Positions 50,149 through 59,329 of a stretch of DNA of 64,000 bases are shown in pieces. Both the position numbers and the translations under genes were made by a program. This DNA is from Methanoregula sp. Lineage in GTDB: Archaea; Halobacteriota; Methanomicrobia; Methanomicrobiales; Methanospirillaceae. The DNA lies in NCBI GenBank assembly GCA_041645055.1, contig JBAZQT010000001.1, forward strand, positions 7,842 through 71,841, in the 5' to 3' direction. Numbering within the stretch: the stretch's first letter is position 1; each line of letters starts with the position of its first letter. The notes beneath the pieces are model-generated. The model was not told where the DNA came from. It ran no database searches and saw nothing but the letters and a program-made list of their open reading frames with translations.

Positions 50149-50847
50149 ATGTCGGAAAAATCGGCATCTCACATACAGGTCAGGGCTTTCCAGCACACAC
50201 CTACAGAACCGCTCGGCTTTTTTGAAAAAATTTTCGCGGAACAAAATGTCCCGTTTGAATACGTCCGGCTCTGGGAAGGGGACCCGGTCAGCATGGGTGA
50301 CGCCACACACCTTGTATTCCTTGGCGGGCCGATGAGCGTGAACGATGAGGCGGAACTCCCGTGGCTCAAAGAGGAAAAGGAATTAATCCGGAGGGCAGTA
50401 AAAAAGCGGGTTCCCGTGCTGGGACTGTGCCTTGGCGCCCAGCTGATCGCATCAGCACACGGGGCAACAGTGTACCGGTTCATAAACGAAACCGGCTGGT
50501 ACCCGGTCCGCACGACACCCGATTCTACCGGGGGTTTTGCATCATTCCCGGATACCTTCCACGTCTTCCAGATGCATGGCGAGACATTCCACCTGCCGGT
50601 TGGCGGGAGGCTCCAGTGCAGGGGCGATAATGTACCACACCAGGGTTTCCGGCTTGGGTCGGCACTCGGGCTCCAGTTCCATCTTGAGATGACCGATGTT
50701 CTGATCCGGGACTGGATAAAAGGTGAAAGAAAATTCTTAAAAGAGAAGATCGGGCGCGATACGGAACGATACCTTGCGGAAAGCAACCGGCTGTGCCGGC
50801 AGGTGGCGATGGAATTTCTGTACGGGAATCAACGGAATACGCAATAA
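50149..50847 (+). CDS. Class I glutamine amidotransferase-like protein
   Basis: 232 aa from ATG 50149. Nucleophile motif PVLGLCLGAQL and the late FHLE histidine/glutamate region. Confidence 0.8.
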   Translation: MSEKSASHIQVRAFQHTPTEPLGFFEKIFAEQNVPFEYVRLWEGDPVSMGDATHLVFLGGPMSVNDEAELPWLKEEKELIRRAVKKRVPVLGLCLGAQLIASAHGATVYRFINETGWYPVRTTPDSTGGFASFPDTFHVFQMHGETFHLPVGGRLQCRGDNVPHQGFRLGSALGLQFHLEMTDVLIRDWIKGERKFLKEKIGRDTERYLAESNRLCRQVAMEFLYGNQRNTQ

Positions 50848-50859
50848 AAAAAAGAATTT

Positions 50860-51483
50860 TTATACGACTCTCGATGTGGTCGACGCTTCAATACCCTTAT
50901 CGGTGATGATGAACGGCAACAGCCGCTGGGGAGCAGCGGCATCCTTGATTTTATGCACGGCCAGAGTACGTTCGATCTCAGCCTGGTGAATATCGGTCTT
51001 GAATTCGATAACGAGATCTGCCGCCCGCATAATCCTCGTCATCTCCATGGGCGTGTGGATACCGGTATACACGATGAACAGCATATTCGCGCCACGGTTC
51101 CTCATCTCTTCGCGGGTTTTTTTCAAAAATTTGAGAGCTTCATCGATACCGTACTTGATGATGATGGTTGAGAGCGAGTCCACCACGATCCTGCCGCCCG
51201 CCATCTGGGGGATGTACATCTCGGGATGGAGATCGTTAACATCCGTCATCCCGACTTCGACATCCCCTTCGTTTATCAGGTACGTTCCCTCTTCTCCCCC
51301 TTCTGCCCGCCAGAACTGCTTTGCCGAAAGGTCAACACCGGCAACCGGCGTTCCGTAGATCATAATGAGGGTCCCCTCTGGAAAACCACCGTCTAAGAGC
51401 AGGTTGAGCCCCACAATACCCGTGGTCCGCTTCCTTATCTTCCCGCTGACGGAAGTGTCATGGTCGCGGCTTTTTACATCCAT
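50860..51483 (-). CDS. KaiC/RecA-superfamily ATPase-fold protein with a degenerate P-loop
   Basis: 207 aa. TGIVGLNLLLDGGFPEGTLIMIYGTPVAGVD aligns with the KaiC-like TGIPGLD.LLGGG.P.G....V.G.PGTGKT but lacks the GK[ST]. A Walker-B-like RIVVDSLS is retained. Confidence 0.7.
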   Translation of the reverse strand: MDVKSRDHDTSVSGKIRKRTTGIVGLNLLLDGGFPEGTLIMIYGTPVAGVDLSAKQFWRAEGGEEGTYLINEGDVEVGMTDVNDLHPEMYIPQMAGGRIVVDSLSTIIIKYGIDEALKFLKKTREEMRNRGANMLFIVYTGIHTPMEMTRIMRAADLVIEFKTDIHQAEIERTLAVHKIKDAAAPQRLLPFIITDKGIEASTTSRVV

Positions 51484-51574
51484 CGGAGATACACCGGCTA
51501 ATATTATTTACAGCCTGCTTAAAAGGTTTTTGGAGATCGGACGATTTTGTCGCAGAATCTTCCGCTAAATGGCA

Positions 51575-53116
51575 TTACGAGCCAGATCCACCGAACTTTT
51601 CCCGGAGATCCCGGCGCAACAACTTCCAGCCATGAACCCGGGGCAATGAATCCATGACCATGAGTTTACGCGGGATCTTGTACCCGGCAAGATGATCCCG
51701 GCAATAGGTTTCGAGCTGGGATTCGGTGAGAGTCATTCCCGGTTTGAACACCACAGCAGCAATCGGGACTTCGCCTTTCCGTTCATCGGGAACACCGAAT
51801 ACCGCAACATCGGCTATTGCCGGGTGCTGGATAATCGTGTTCTCAACTTCTGTTGGATAGATCTTCCAGCCCGACATGATGATCATGTCCTTTTTCCGGT
51901 CCGTGATGTACAGGATTCCATCCTCATCGAGATGCCCGATATCCCCGGTAAGGAACCAGCCGTCATCCAGGAATACTTCAGCTGTCGCTTCCGGCATCTG
52001 CCAGTAACCGTGTGCAACGGAAGGACCGCGGAGCGCAATCTCGCCGGTTTCCAAAACAGCCATCTCCGTTGCCGGGTTTGCAGCATCGACAATCTTTACT
52101 TCCGTGTACCCAACTGCAACACCCACGCTCTGGTAATTCTTTGTCAGGTGCGGGTACCCGGGCAGGGTTGTCGTTCCTGAACCGATTACGATGGTCTCGG
52201 AGAGCCCGTACGAATTTGCAACCGGGATGTGATATCGCTGGTCAAACGCTTTCCAGACTACCGGGAGGAGCTGGCCACCTCCCGAGATGATCACCCGGGT
52301 CTTACCGAGACGCTGTTCTGTGCCGGGCGGGGCGGTGTTGAGCGAGTGGATAACCGGGGGCATGCCGGCCAGCACAGTGACTTTGTACTGCTCGGCAAGA
52401 GAAAGATACCGCTCGAGCTCGAAGCGTTCCATCATTACGTACGTTCCACCGGAGCGGAGCATCGCCAGCCCCCACGAGAGTCCGACGTGACCCATAGGGT
52501 AGATCCCGAGATACACATCGTCCGGGCACATCCGCAGGGCTTCACGTTCGGCATCGAGTGCCGTCATCCAGTTGCCATGGGAGAGCATCGCTCCTTTGGG
52601 TTTGCCGGTTGTGCCGGCCGTGTACTGGATATGGCAGAGATCGTCCGGAGCACAGTTAGTTGCCCGCATGGATGACGGTGCCGGGGGAAACGATGCCCAT
52701 GCAACAGATCCCGGGCTGGATCCCGCTGTGCAGATGATATGCTCAAGTGTCCCGGCTTGTGATCGTATCTTGTCGACAACGGCTACCCCCTGCGCATCGG
52801 TAATAACCGCTACGGCACCGGCATTATTGAGTGCATGCAGCAGTTCTTCGCCCCGGTATACGATATTGGTCGGGACTGCCACAGCACCGATCCGCCAGAT
52901 GGCAAAATAACTTATGAGGTACTCGGGCGAGCTGTCAAGGTAGATGCAGACCCGGTCACCTTTTTTCACACCAAGGTTCGCCAGTCCCTGCCCGATGCGG
53001 TTCATCTCGTCCCGGAGTTTCCCGTAACTGTACGTCTCATTGCGGGTTGGACAGATGAGTGCGACTTTCGCCTCAGGAACGCTTTTTGCATCGAGCAGGG
53101 TAGTGACGTTGGACAT
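51575..53116 (-). CDS. AMP-dependent acyl-CoA synthetase/ligase
   Basis: 513 aa. AMP-binding motif IQYTAGTTGKPKGAMLSH, plus ..GYG.SE.., ..TGD.G..DEDG...I.DR.KD.I...G..I.P.E.E... Confidence 0.9.
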   Translation of the reverse strand: MSNVTTLLDAKSVPEAKVALICPTRNETYSYGKLRDEMNRIGQGLANLGVKKGDRVCIYLDSSPEYLISYFAIWRIGAVAVPTNIVYRGEELLHALNNAGAVAVITDAQGVAVVDKIRSQAGTLEHIICTAGSSPGSVAWASFPPAPSSMRATNCAPDDLCHIQYTAGTTGKPKGAMLSHGNWMTALDAEREALRMCPDDVYLGIYPMGHVGLSWGLAMLRSGGTYVMMERFELERYLSLAEQYKVTVLAGMPPVIHSLNTAPPGTEQRLGKTRVIISGGGQLLPVVWKAFDQRYHIPVANSYGLSETIVIGSGTTTLPGYPHLTKNYQSVGVAVGYTEVKIVDAANPATEMAVLETGEIALRGPSVAHGYWQMPEATAEVFLDDGWFLTGDIGHLDEDGILYITDRKKDMIIMSGWKIYPTEVENTIIQHPAIADVAVFGVPDERKGEVPIAAVVFKPGMTLTESQLETYCRDHLAGYKIPRKLMVMDSLPRVHGWKLLRRDLREKFGGSGS

Positions 53117-53357
53117 GGTAGTGCCGGAAATTTTCTGGTGATAAAAATAAGACGTTGGGGTATTTAGGTGTGCATTATTCTGGGTCCGGCAATGCGGTTC
53201 GCGGATAGAGATTCTCTGACAGGGTTGTGCGTTTTTTATTTCCTGATTTTTTTAATAAGAGGGGGATCGATGCGGTGTACAGGGAACCCTGCATGATACC
53301 GGAATACAGGGGCAAGCTATTTCTGTAACAACCCCCGAATTATCTGTCCTGACACTT

Positions 53358-53675
53358 ATGGCAGAAAATACCCCCAATCAGCAACCAGCGCAAACACAAC
53401 CTGCGCAAAATTCTCAAAACCCCCAGAGCACCCGGAGAGATGCTCCCCGGCACCACGACAACCGGCGTCGTAATAATAATTATCGGGGACAGGCCCCCCG
53501 GCCTGCAGAAAGACCGGCTGAAAAACCGCTGGAACCAAAAGAGGCCAGTGAAGATGATGAAGAGACAGAGCAGGACCGGAGCGCTGCCCCGTCACGGCAA
53601 TCCCGGGGTGGCGGCCGGGGAAAGCCACCGAAACGGGTTATCGAGGAATGGGCCAACGATATCTATTGCGAGTAA
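53358..53675 (+). CDS. Low-complexity basic protein, hypothetical (weak call)
   Basis: 105-aa ATG ORF rich in Q/P/R/N/E, predicted disordered, ending in an ordered-looking tail KRVIEEWANDIYCE. No overlapping better ORF. Confidence 0.35.
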   Translation: MAENTPNQQPAQTQPAQNSQNPQSTRRDAPRHHDNRRRNNNYRGQAPRPAERPAEKPLEPKEASEDDEETEQDRSAAPSRQSRGGGRGKPPKRVIEEWANDIYCE

Positions 53676-53899
53676 GGGACTTAGCTTTTGGTCCGGGCTG
53701 TGATGCTGCCCGGGGATTCCCGATCTTTTTTTTAGATTTTTTTTCGCGGATATTTTCCAGAGATCATTTCACGGAATTTTTTTTCAATGCGATTTTTTTG
53801 CCGGAATTTTGCCGGAAAAATCCGGGGAACAACCGGGAAGAAAAGTTTGGATGTTAATGTGAAATTTCTCCTCATTTCCGGACCCAAAAATATGGGGTA

Positions 53900-54325
53900 A
53901 TTATCGCTTTTCCCCCATTAAAAAAATGGAGTTAACTGCGATCGCAAAAATGCCTAATCCAGGCATTTTACGGGCTTTGATTTCTGTATCTCTCCAAAAT
54001 GGGCTCTGTTTGGGTGTAAACAGACCCCTGTTCGGTCGAAAACTCCTGGAGTATTTGTATGAACAGGGGGTCTTTGAGTACGTCAGACAAGGTGAGGATC
54101 CGGGCACTTTCCCAGTTTTGGGAGATGATCTATTCTGAGCCCTATTCGGGCTCCGTTTGTCAAAATGATAAAGGTCAAATCCGGTTCCAGTGGAAGTGCG
54201 TCAACACCTGTGGAAAATAGTCTTTTAATCCGTTATTTTTCGAAAATACGCGTTTTAATCCAAATAAAACATGTCGAAATAGCGGGCTCCGGTTGGCCGC
54301 GTTTTTTGGCACATATTTCACATGG
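53900..54325 (+). repeat. About 420-bp non-coding element, copy A (paralogue of 61270-61690)
   Basis: Block-wise identity with copy B: GGGCTTTGATTTCT, CCAAAATGGGCTC, CCCTGTTCG, AAAACTCCTGGAGTATTTGTATGAACAGGGG (31/31), AGATGATCTATT, CGGGCTCCGTTTG, GCGGGCTCCGGTTGG.CGCGTTTTTTG. Hairpin CCCCTGTTC (54025-54033) / GAACAGGGG (54061-54069). Confidence 0.75.
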
Positions 54326-54681
54326 TTTTATTAGAGTTATGCTGCCGGATGCCCTGCTATTGCCCGCTAGTGAGAACACGTCGGAGAACTGGGGGATTTA
54401 TGAGAGTTTATCCGGTTTTTGAGTTGTTGGGAATAATTCCGGTATGAGGGAATGGACGTGTACGGAATTTTCCAAAAAAAATTTCCCGGTTTTTCTCACA
54501 CACCCGAAATTTTTTTGCCGGATATTTTGTCAGCCGCCAAAAACATTTGAAATTATTTTGAGAACTCGCAAACGCAAAAAATTTCGCGACCTTTTTTAGA
54601 AATTTTTAAACGGGCTCCTGCTTTTTGTAAAGGAACGGAATTTATCGTTAGGTTGATCAAAAAGGAATTGGCGAAAAAAGA

Positions 54682-55626
54682 TTACGACTGCTTGACCCGA
54701 TAATTCGTAATAATCAATTCGTTGATATTCCCGCGACCAGCGCCGTTGCTATTGATCATCCGCTTTGCAGGAACCCGCTCAATGAAGTAATCTGAATAGA
54801 GATCATCAAAGAATGAATCATTGGGATTCTTGTTCTTCGGATCGGAATTACTCAGCATAATTTTTGCGCCCTTGTCGTCAAGTTCCTTGAAAAATGTAAC
54901 AAGACATTCCTGGTCCTTATCGGAAAATCCATTCTTTGAATAGGAAGTAAATGAGGAAGTCTTGTTCAGCGGACGGTAAGGTGGATCAAAATACACGAAC
55001 GTGTGATTGTCAACAAATTTCCGGCATTGGGTAAAATCACCCGGAATAATTTTTGTTTTTTTCAGCAACGCTGCTACAGATTTCAGATTATCTTCGTTCA
55101 GAATATCCGGATTCTTGTATCGCCCGAAAGGAACATTGAATCCTCCTTTTTTATTTACCCGGAACAAGCCATTGTAACAGGTGTGGTTAAGAAAAATGAT
55201 CTGGGCTGCACGTTCAATCCATTCAGGGGTGTTCTTCCTGAAATCGATTTCAGGTAACTTCTCATTGAAGGCATCCCGGACTTCGTAATAAAAAATTTCT
55301 TTATTCTTTTCACTTTTGGAAAAAAAATCTGATTCGAGCGTTTCCAGTTCAGAGATTAATTTTTTTACCGAACGCTGGACAACGCGATACGTCAGAACCA
55401 GTTCTTCATTAACATCGCAGATATAGCACTGTTCAAAAGAAAATCTCTGGTTAAGGTCAAAAAAAACCGCTCCCCCGCCAATGAACGGTTCGATATACCT
55501 GGTGATTTTTCCTTCCGTTAATTCTTCCGGCAAACGTTTGTCAAACTCACTGAGTAACTGGGTTTTACCCCCGGCCCATTTGAGAAATGGCCGGGCTGAT
55601 GATTTGAGTATCGTTTGTGTTGCCAT
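54682..55626 (-). CDS. dam: Dam-family site-specific DNA adenine-N6 methyltransferase (D12 class), apparently orphan
   Basis: 314 aa. SAM motif RPFLKWAGGKTQLL, ..YIEPF.GGGAVFF.., catalytic VYFDPPY. Visibly more AT-rich than its neighbours. No nuclease gene is adjacent. Confidence 0.9.
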   Translation of the reverse strand: MATQTILKSSARPFLKWAGGKTQLLSEFDKRLPEELTEGKITRYIEPFIGGGAVFFDLNQRFSFEQCYICDVNEELVLTYRVVQRSVKKLISELETLESDFFSKSEKNKEIFYYEVRDAFNEKLPEIDFRKNTPEWIERAAQIIFLNHTCYNGLFRVNKKGGFNVPFGRYKNPDILNEDNLKSVAALLKKTKIIPGDFTQCRKFVDNHTFVYFDPPYRPLNKTSSFTSYSKNGFSDKDQECLVTFFKELDDKGAKIMLSNSDPKNKNPNDSFFDDLYSDYFIERVPAKRMINSNGAGRGNINELIITNYRVKQS

Positions 55627-55734
55627 GTCCAGAAGAACATCCGTCAGTATGAATTTCCGTTTTATAATGTTATTTTCCCGGCTTTATAGGATATTGAAAC
55701 GGTCTAACGAGCCACAATAATTGTTGGACCGCTA

Positions 55735-56307
55735 CTACATACCTTCCAGCAGACCGGCCACATCCCCCGACTTAATGATCTTAACCCCGATATTCTGCAT
55801 ATCCCGGATATTCGCCAGGTGCACCTCACCCGATGCCGCCCCGGTCGCATCACCGATCAGCACTACCGGGTAATTGTACGCAATGCCATCGAAGACGGTT
55901 GTCCGGATGCAGTTCGGAGTCTGGATACCGCAGACTATAAGGGTCGTCACTTTGAGGGTCCGGAGCATCAGGTCGAGTTCCGTACCGATGAACGCACTCA
56001 TCCGGGTCTTGGTGAGTACATACTCCCCTGCCCGTGGAGCCAGTTCATCGATGACCGCGGCACCATGCGAACCGGCAACGGCAAAGGGTTGTTTCCGGAA
56101 AAGATCCTGCCGGATGATCTCCACGTCCGAACCGTCCGGCCTGTGCACCCGGAGGATATGAAAGACCGGCAGGTTTCGTTTCCGGAATTCAGCCAGCACA
56201 GACTGGATTTTCGGTATTACGGCAGAGGCTCCCGCAACTTTCAGCGGCTTTGCTTCCAGCACGAAATCGTTTTGCATATCGATGATGAGGAGAGCAGCTC
56301 GTCCCAT
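55735..56307 (-). CDS. Isochorismatase-family cysteine hydrolase
   Basis: 190 aa. ALLIIDMQNDF, ..K.., ..L.V.G..T..CI..T catalytic D-K-C pattern. Confidence 0.85.
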   Translation of the reverse strand: MGRAALLIIDMQNDFVLEAKPLKVAGASAVIPKIQSVLAEFRKRNLPVFHILRVHRPDGSDVEIIRQDLFRKQPFAVAGSHGAAVIDELAPRAGEYVLTKTRMSAFIGTELDLMLRTLKVTTLIVCGIQTPNCIRTTVFDGIAYNYPVVLIGDATGAASGEVHLANIRDMQNIGVKIIKSGDVAGLLEGM

Positions 56308-56371
56308 GGTTGTTTCCCGTTAGACTATTGATACCCGGAATATAATAACTCTGTAGAAGTTTTCCGGAGCC

Positions 56372-57184
56372 TTGAAGATGGAACCCCTCATCCAGTACGT
56401 CTGCCTCTTTTTCACCGGGATTGTTTCCGGTACCGTATCCGGGCTCTTTGGGGTCGGGGGAGGATCCTTAATGACCCCGGTCCAGTTCTGGCTGTATACC
56501 TCCGGCGGAATGGACAGCACGCTTGCCACCCGTCTTGCGTTCGGCACATCACTTGCCGTGATCATCCCGACGATGATTAGCGGGGCCTACGGGCATAACC
56601 GGCACGGCGCTGTGGACTGGAAGGCTGCCGTTCCGCTGGGACTTGCCGCCATTTTCGGTGGACTTATCGGGGGGATGGTTGCGTCCCACATCTCAGGCAG
56701 CATGCTCCGGCTGTTCTTTGCGGTTTTTATTCTCATCATGGCTGCCCGCATGGTCTGGCAGATACGGGAATGCCCGGTCTGCGAGCCCCATGGATCGGCT
56801 GCGCAATATCTTTTCATCGGGTTTTTCATCGGGATTTTATCAGGATTGACCGGACTTGGCGGCGGTGCACTGCTTGTACCCATCCTCGTCATCCTGCTTG
56901 GCTACCCGATCCACCGGGCGGTCGGGACATCATCAGCTTGTCTTATCTTCTCTGCAGCGGGGGCCGTGATTGCGTATGTCATCAACGGGCTCGGGGTTGC
57001 CGGACTGCCGCCGTACTCGCTCGGGTACGTGGATCTTCTCACGTTTGCAATCCTCGCTGTCACGACCATCCCCCTCGCCCGGCTTGGCGTGCGGTTCGCC
57101 CACAGCTGCTCAGGGAAGAAACTGCAGATCATATTTGCCGGGCTTTTGGTGCTGATCGGCATCATGATGCTCGTGAGCGGATAA
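56372..57184 (+). CDS. TSUP (TauE/SafE) family anion exporter
   Basis: 270 aa, about 8 TM, with the duplicated motifs G.FGVGGGSLMTP and GLTGLGGGALLVPILV. Confidence 0.85.
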   Translation: MKMEPLIQYVCLFFTGIVSGTVSGLFGVGGGSLMTPVQFWLYTSGGMDSTLATRLAFGTSLAVIIPTMISGAYGHNRHGAVDWKAAVPLGLAAIFGGLIGGMVASHISGSMLRLFFAVFILIMAARMVWQIRECPVCEPHGSAAQYLFIGFFIGILSGLTGLGGGALLVPILVILLGYPIHRAVGTSSACLIFSAAGAVIAYVINGLGVAGLPPYSLGYVDLLTFAILAVTTIPLARLGVRFAHSCSGKKLQIIFAGLLVLIGIMMLVSG

Positions 57185-57277
57185 AAAAAATACGGAAATT
57201 CCCGTGACAGCGTAATCATCGCTGAATTTCAATCGCTGACATTCAACTCATCCATACGTTGAAAAAAAATTCGGTTC

Positions 57278-58765
57278 TTACAGCATTCCCATCCCGGCTG
57301 CCGCTTCAGTACATGACGGATCCTTGCATTTCGCTTCACGGATCAGGAGCGAGAGCACAAGCACCACTCCACCCAGAACAGTTCCAAAGATAAAGACTGA
57401 GTGGAACCCCGTGATGAGCATGGACATAGTAATGCCGCTTGTTCCTGAAGTGACCTGGATCCCGGCGAATGCCGTGATGATGAAAAATGTCCCGTACATC
57501 GCGACAGCGATCACCGACCCGATGTTGCGGGCGGTCATGGCAACACTTGAAACAACCCCCTCACTTCCCCGTGGTGACAGCCCGAGGATAAGATTGAAAT
57601 TCGGCGGGATGAAGAGACCGGCAGCTGCCCCGTTCAGGGCGAGCGCCACGATAATGTACCAGAACGCGGTGTCCTGGGTCATCTGCATGAACAGGATATT
57701 TGCCGTGATATAGCAGAGTGCTGCCGCTATGCAGATCCGGCGCGATCCCACCCGGTCCGAGAGACGCCCGGCCAGCGGGCCCATCACCATGAGGGCAACC
57801 GCCGGGACCATCAGGAAAAGCCCGGCGATATCGGTCTTAAGTCCTTTGACAATCTCAAGGTAAAATGGCATGATGAAACTTGTACCCGAGACCAGCATCA
57901 TGCCCGTCATTGCTGCGATATTCGCGAGCGTATAGTTGTGATTCTTAAAAAACGAGAGATCGATCAGCGGGACAGGACAGCGGGACTCCCAGACGACAAA
58001 TATCACCCAGAAGATTGTAGAGCCAAGTACACTCGCAATAATTACCGGTGACATCCAGCCCAGCGTCGTACCCATGTTCATCGCAAATACAAGGGAGCCA
58101 AGCGCTGCAAAAAGAATGCCGGCGCCGGTTGCATCAAACTGCTGGGGGACACCTTCTGCTATTGTGTCCTTCGGCAGTACACGGATTCCGAGCAGGATCG
58201 CTATAACGCCAACCGGGACGTTGATTAAGAAGATCCAGTGCCAGCTTAAGTAGGTGGTGAGTAAACCGCCGAGCACCGGTCCGGCCGCAACCCCGACCGA
58301 GACAAACGTGGTCATTATTCCGAGTGCTTTGCCCCGTGTCGCTGCCGGCAGGTACATCGTGATCATTGCACCACCGATTGCCTGGAGCATCGCCGCTCCG
58401 ATTGCCTGGAGGATCCGGAAGCCGACCAGTTCGCCGATGGTCATGGAAAGCATTCCGCAGGCAAGCGAACCGATGGCAAAGATCGCAAAACCCCAGAGAT
58501 ACACTTTCCGGTACCCCCGGATATCGGCAAATTTCCCAAACGCTATGAGCGTGGCTGACAGGGTCAGCAGGTAGGCCATCGCCACCCATGATACAATCGT
58601 AATCGACGTATTGAAGTACGTGGCCATTGTCGGGAGCGAAATGTTGACAATCGTGGTATCGAGTGCCCCCATGAACCCTGCTACCGAGACGAGGATCAGG
58701 AGGAGTTTTTGCTGGAGGGGATCTTGTATGACGGTGTGGCCGACCAGGGGATTCTTCATGGACAA
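57278..58765 (-). CDS. MFS transporter, 14-TM drug:H+ antiporter (DHA2/EmrB-like)
   Basis: 495 aa. LD.TIVN..LP, ..G...D..G.RK.. motif A-like, 14 hydrophobic segments. Confidence 0.9.
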   Translation of the reverse strand: MSMKNPLVGHTVIQDPLQQKLLLILVSVAGFMGALDTTIVNISLPTMATYFNTSITIVSWVAMAYLLTLSATLIAFGKFADIRGYRKVYLWGFAIFAIGSLACGMLSMTIGELVGFRILQAIGAAMLQAIGGAMITMYLPAATRGKALGIMTTFVSVGVAAGPVLGGLLTTYLSWHWIFLINVPVGVIAILLGIRVLPKDTIAEGVPQQFDATGAGILFAALGSLVFAMNMGTTLGWMSPVIIASVLGSTIFWVIFVVWESRCPVPLIDLSFFKNHNYTLANIAAMTGMMLVSGTSFIMPFYLEIVKGLKTDIAGLFLMVPAVALMVMGPLAGRLSDRVGSRRICIAAALCYITANILFMQMTQDTAFWYIIVALALNGAAAGLFIPPNFNLILGLSPRGSEGVVSSVAMTARNIGSVIAVAMYGTFFIITAFAGIQVTSGTSGITMSMLITGFHSVFIFGTVLGGVVLVLSLLIREAKCKDPSCTEAAAGMGML

Positions 58766-58965
58766 AAATATAGCACAAAGAATAATGAATTGATGGGGTT
58801 TGATTCTGCAACCCGTTCACTCGGGAACTGAGATGTACCGGCAGGGAGGGTCTGTGAGAGGAGTGGAATAGAGACAAACAGTCCGGCCGATTTTCATGGA
58901 GCATTAAAACAGCGATGAACGATTTTCGGATTAATCAACTTCCTCTGTATTTTCCCTTTGAAACA

Positions 58966-59187
58966 TTACCCACCAGAGACGATCTCAACATCACGAAATC
59001 CCACAAAGGTATTGAGATGTTCGGGCTGTGAATCTACCATGCAAAGCTCGATAACTTCCTTGATGCGGACGAGCGCTTCATCGATAGTTTTTCCAAATGT
59101 GTGGCAGCCTTTGAACAGGGGGCAGGATACGATGAAGATCCCATCCTCATCTGTTTCGACAATGATGGGAACATGAATCGTTTTCAT
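58966..59187 (-). CDS. HicB-like antitoxin-fold protein (UPF0150), no adjacent HicA
   Basis: 73 aa from ATG 59187: MKTIHVPIIVETDEDGIFIVSCPLFKGCHTFGKTIDEALVRIKEVIE matches the HicB N-domain pattern (..edG.y.a..P.l.GC...G.T.eEA..n..EAI). Confidence 0.7.
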   Translation of the reverse strand: MKTIHVPIIVETDEDGIFIVSCPLFKGCHTFGKTIDEALVRIKEVIELCMVDSQPEHLNTFVGFRDVEIVSGG

Positions 59188-59329
59188 ATACACATCATCG
59201 GAATTCACGCATTAATTCTTTTTTGCAAGCACGTTTCACCAATTTTTTAATGTTGGATCGTTTTTTTTAATAACACATTGTTGACGGTGAACAAAAAAAT
59301 GACCGGATCTTATTTTTTACCGGATATCT

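Noticed and set aside
53926-54138. 70-aa ORF (and its counterpart 61336-61536) inside the 420-bp repeat, as a small protein family
   Set aside because: Similarity between the two is confined to blocks that are identical at the nucleotide level (LLEYLYEQG, DDLF). The intervening sequence is unrelated, the stops differ, and there is no synonymous-site divergence. This pattern fits a nucleic-acid element and not a coding one.
54185-54196. Origin-recognition-box-like TTCCAGTGGAAG, suggesting a replication origin in the long non-coding tract
   Set aside because: It is a single occurrence and is not conserved at the equivalent position of copy B (which reads TCCACCACTTGGGAAAA). There is no orc1/cdc6 gene nearby, and no inverted ORB pair flanking an AT-rich unwinding element. 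It is worth a marker-frequency check but is not supportable from sequence alone.
58134-58904. 256-aa - strand ORF overlapping the 5' part of the MFS gene
   Set aside because: It is an alternative frame of the same strand, with a Pro/Arg/His-rich translation. The MFS frame has 14 TM helices and family motifs.
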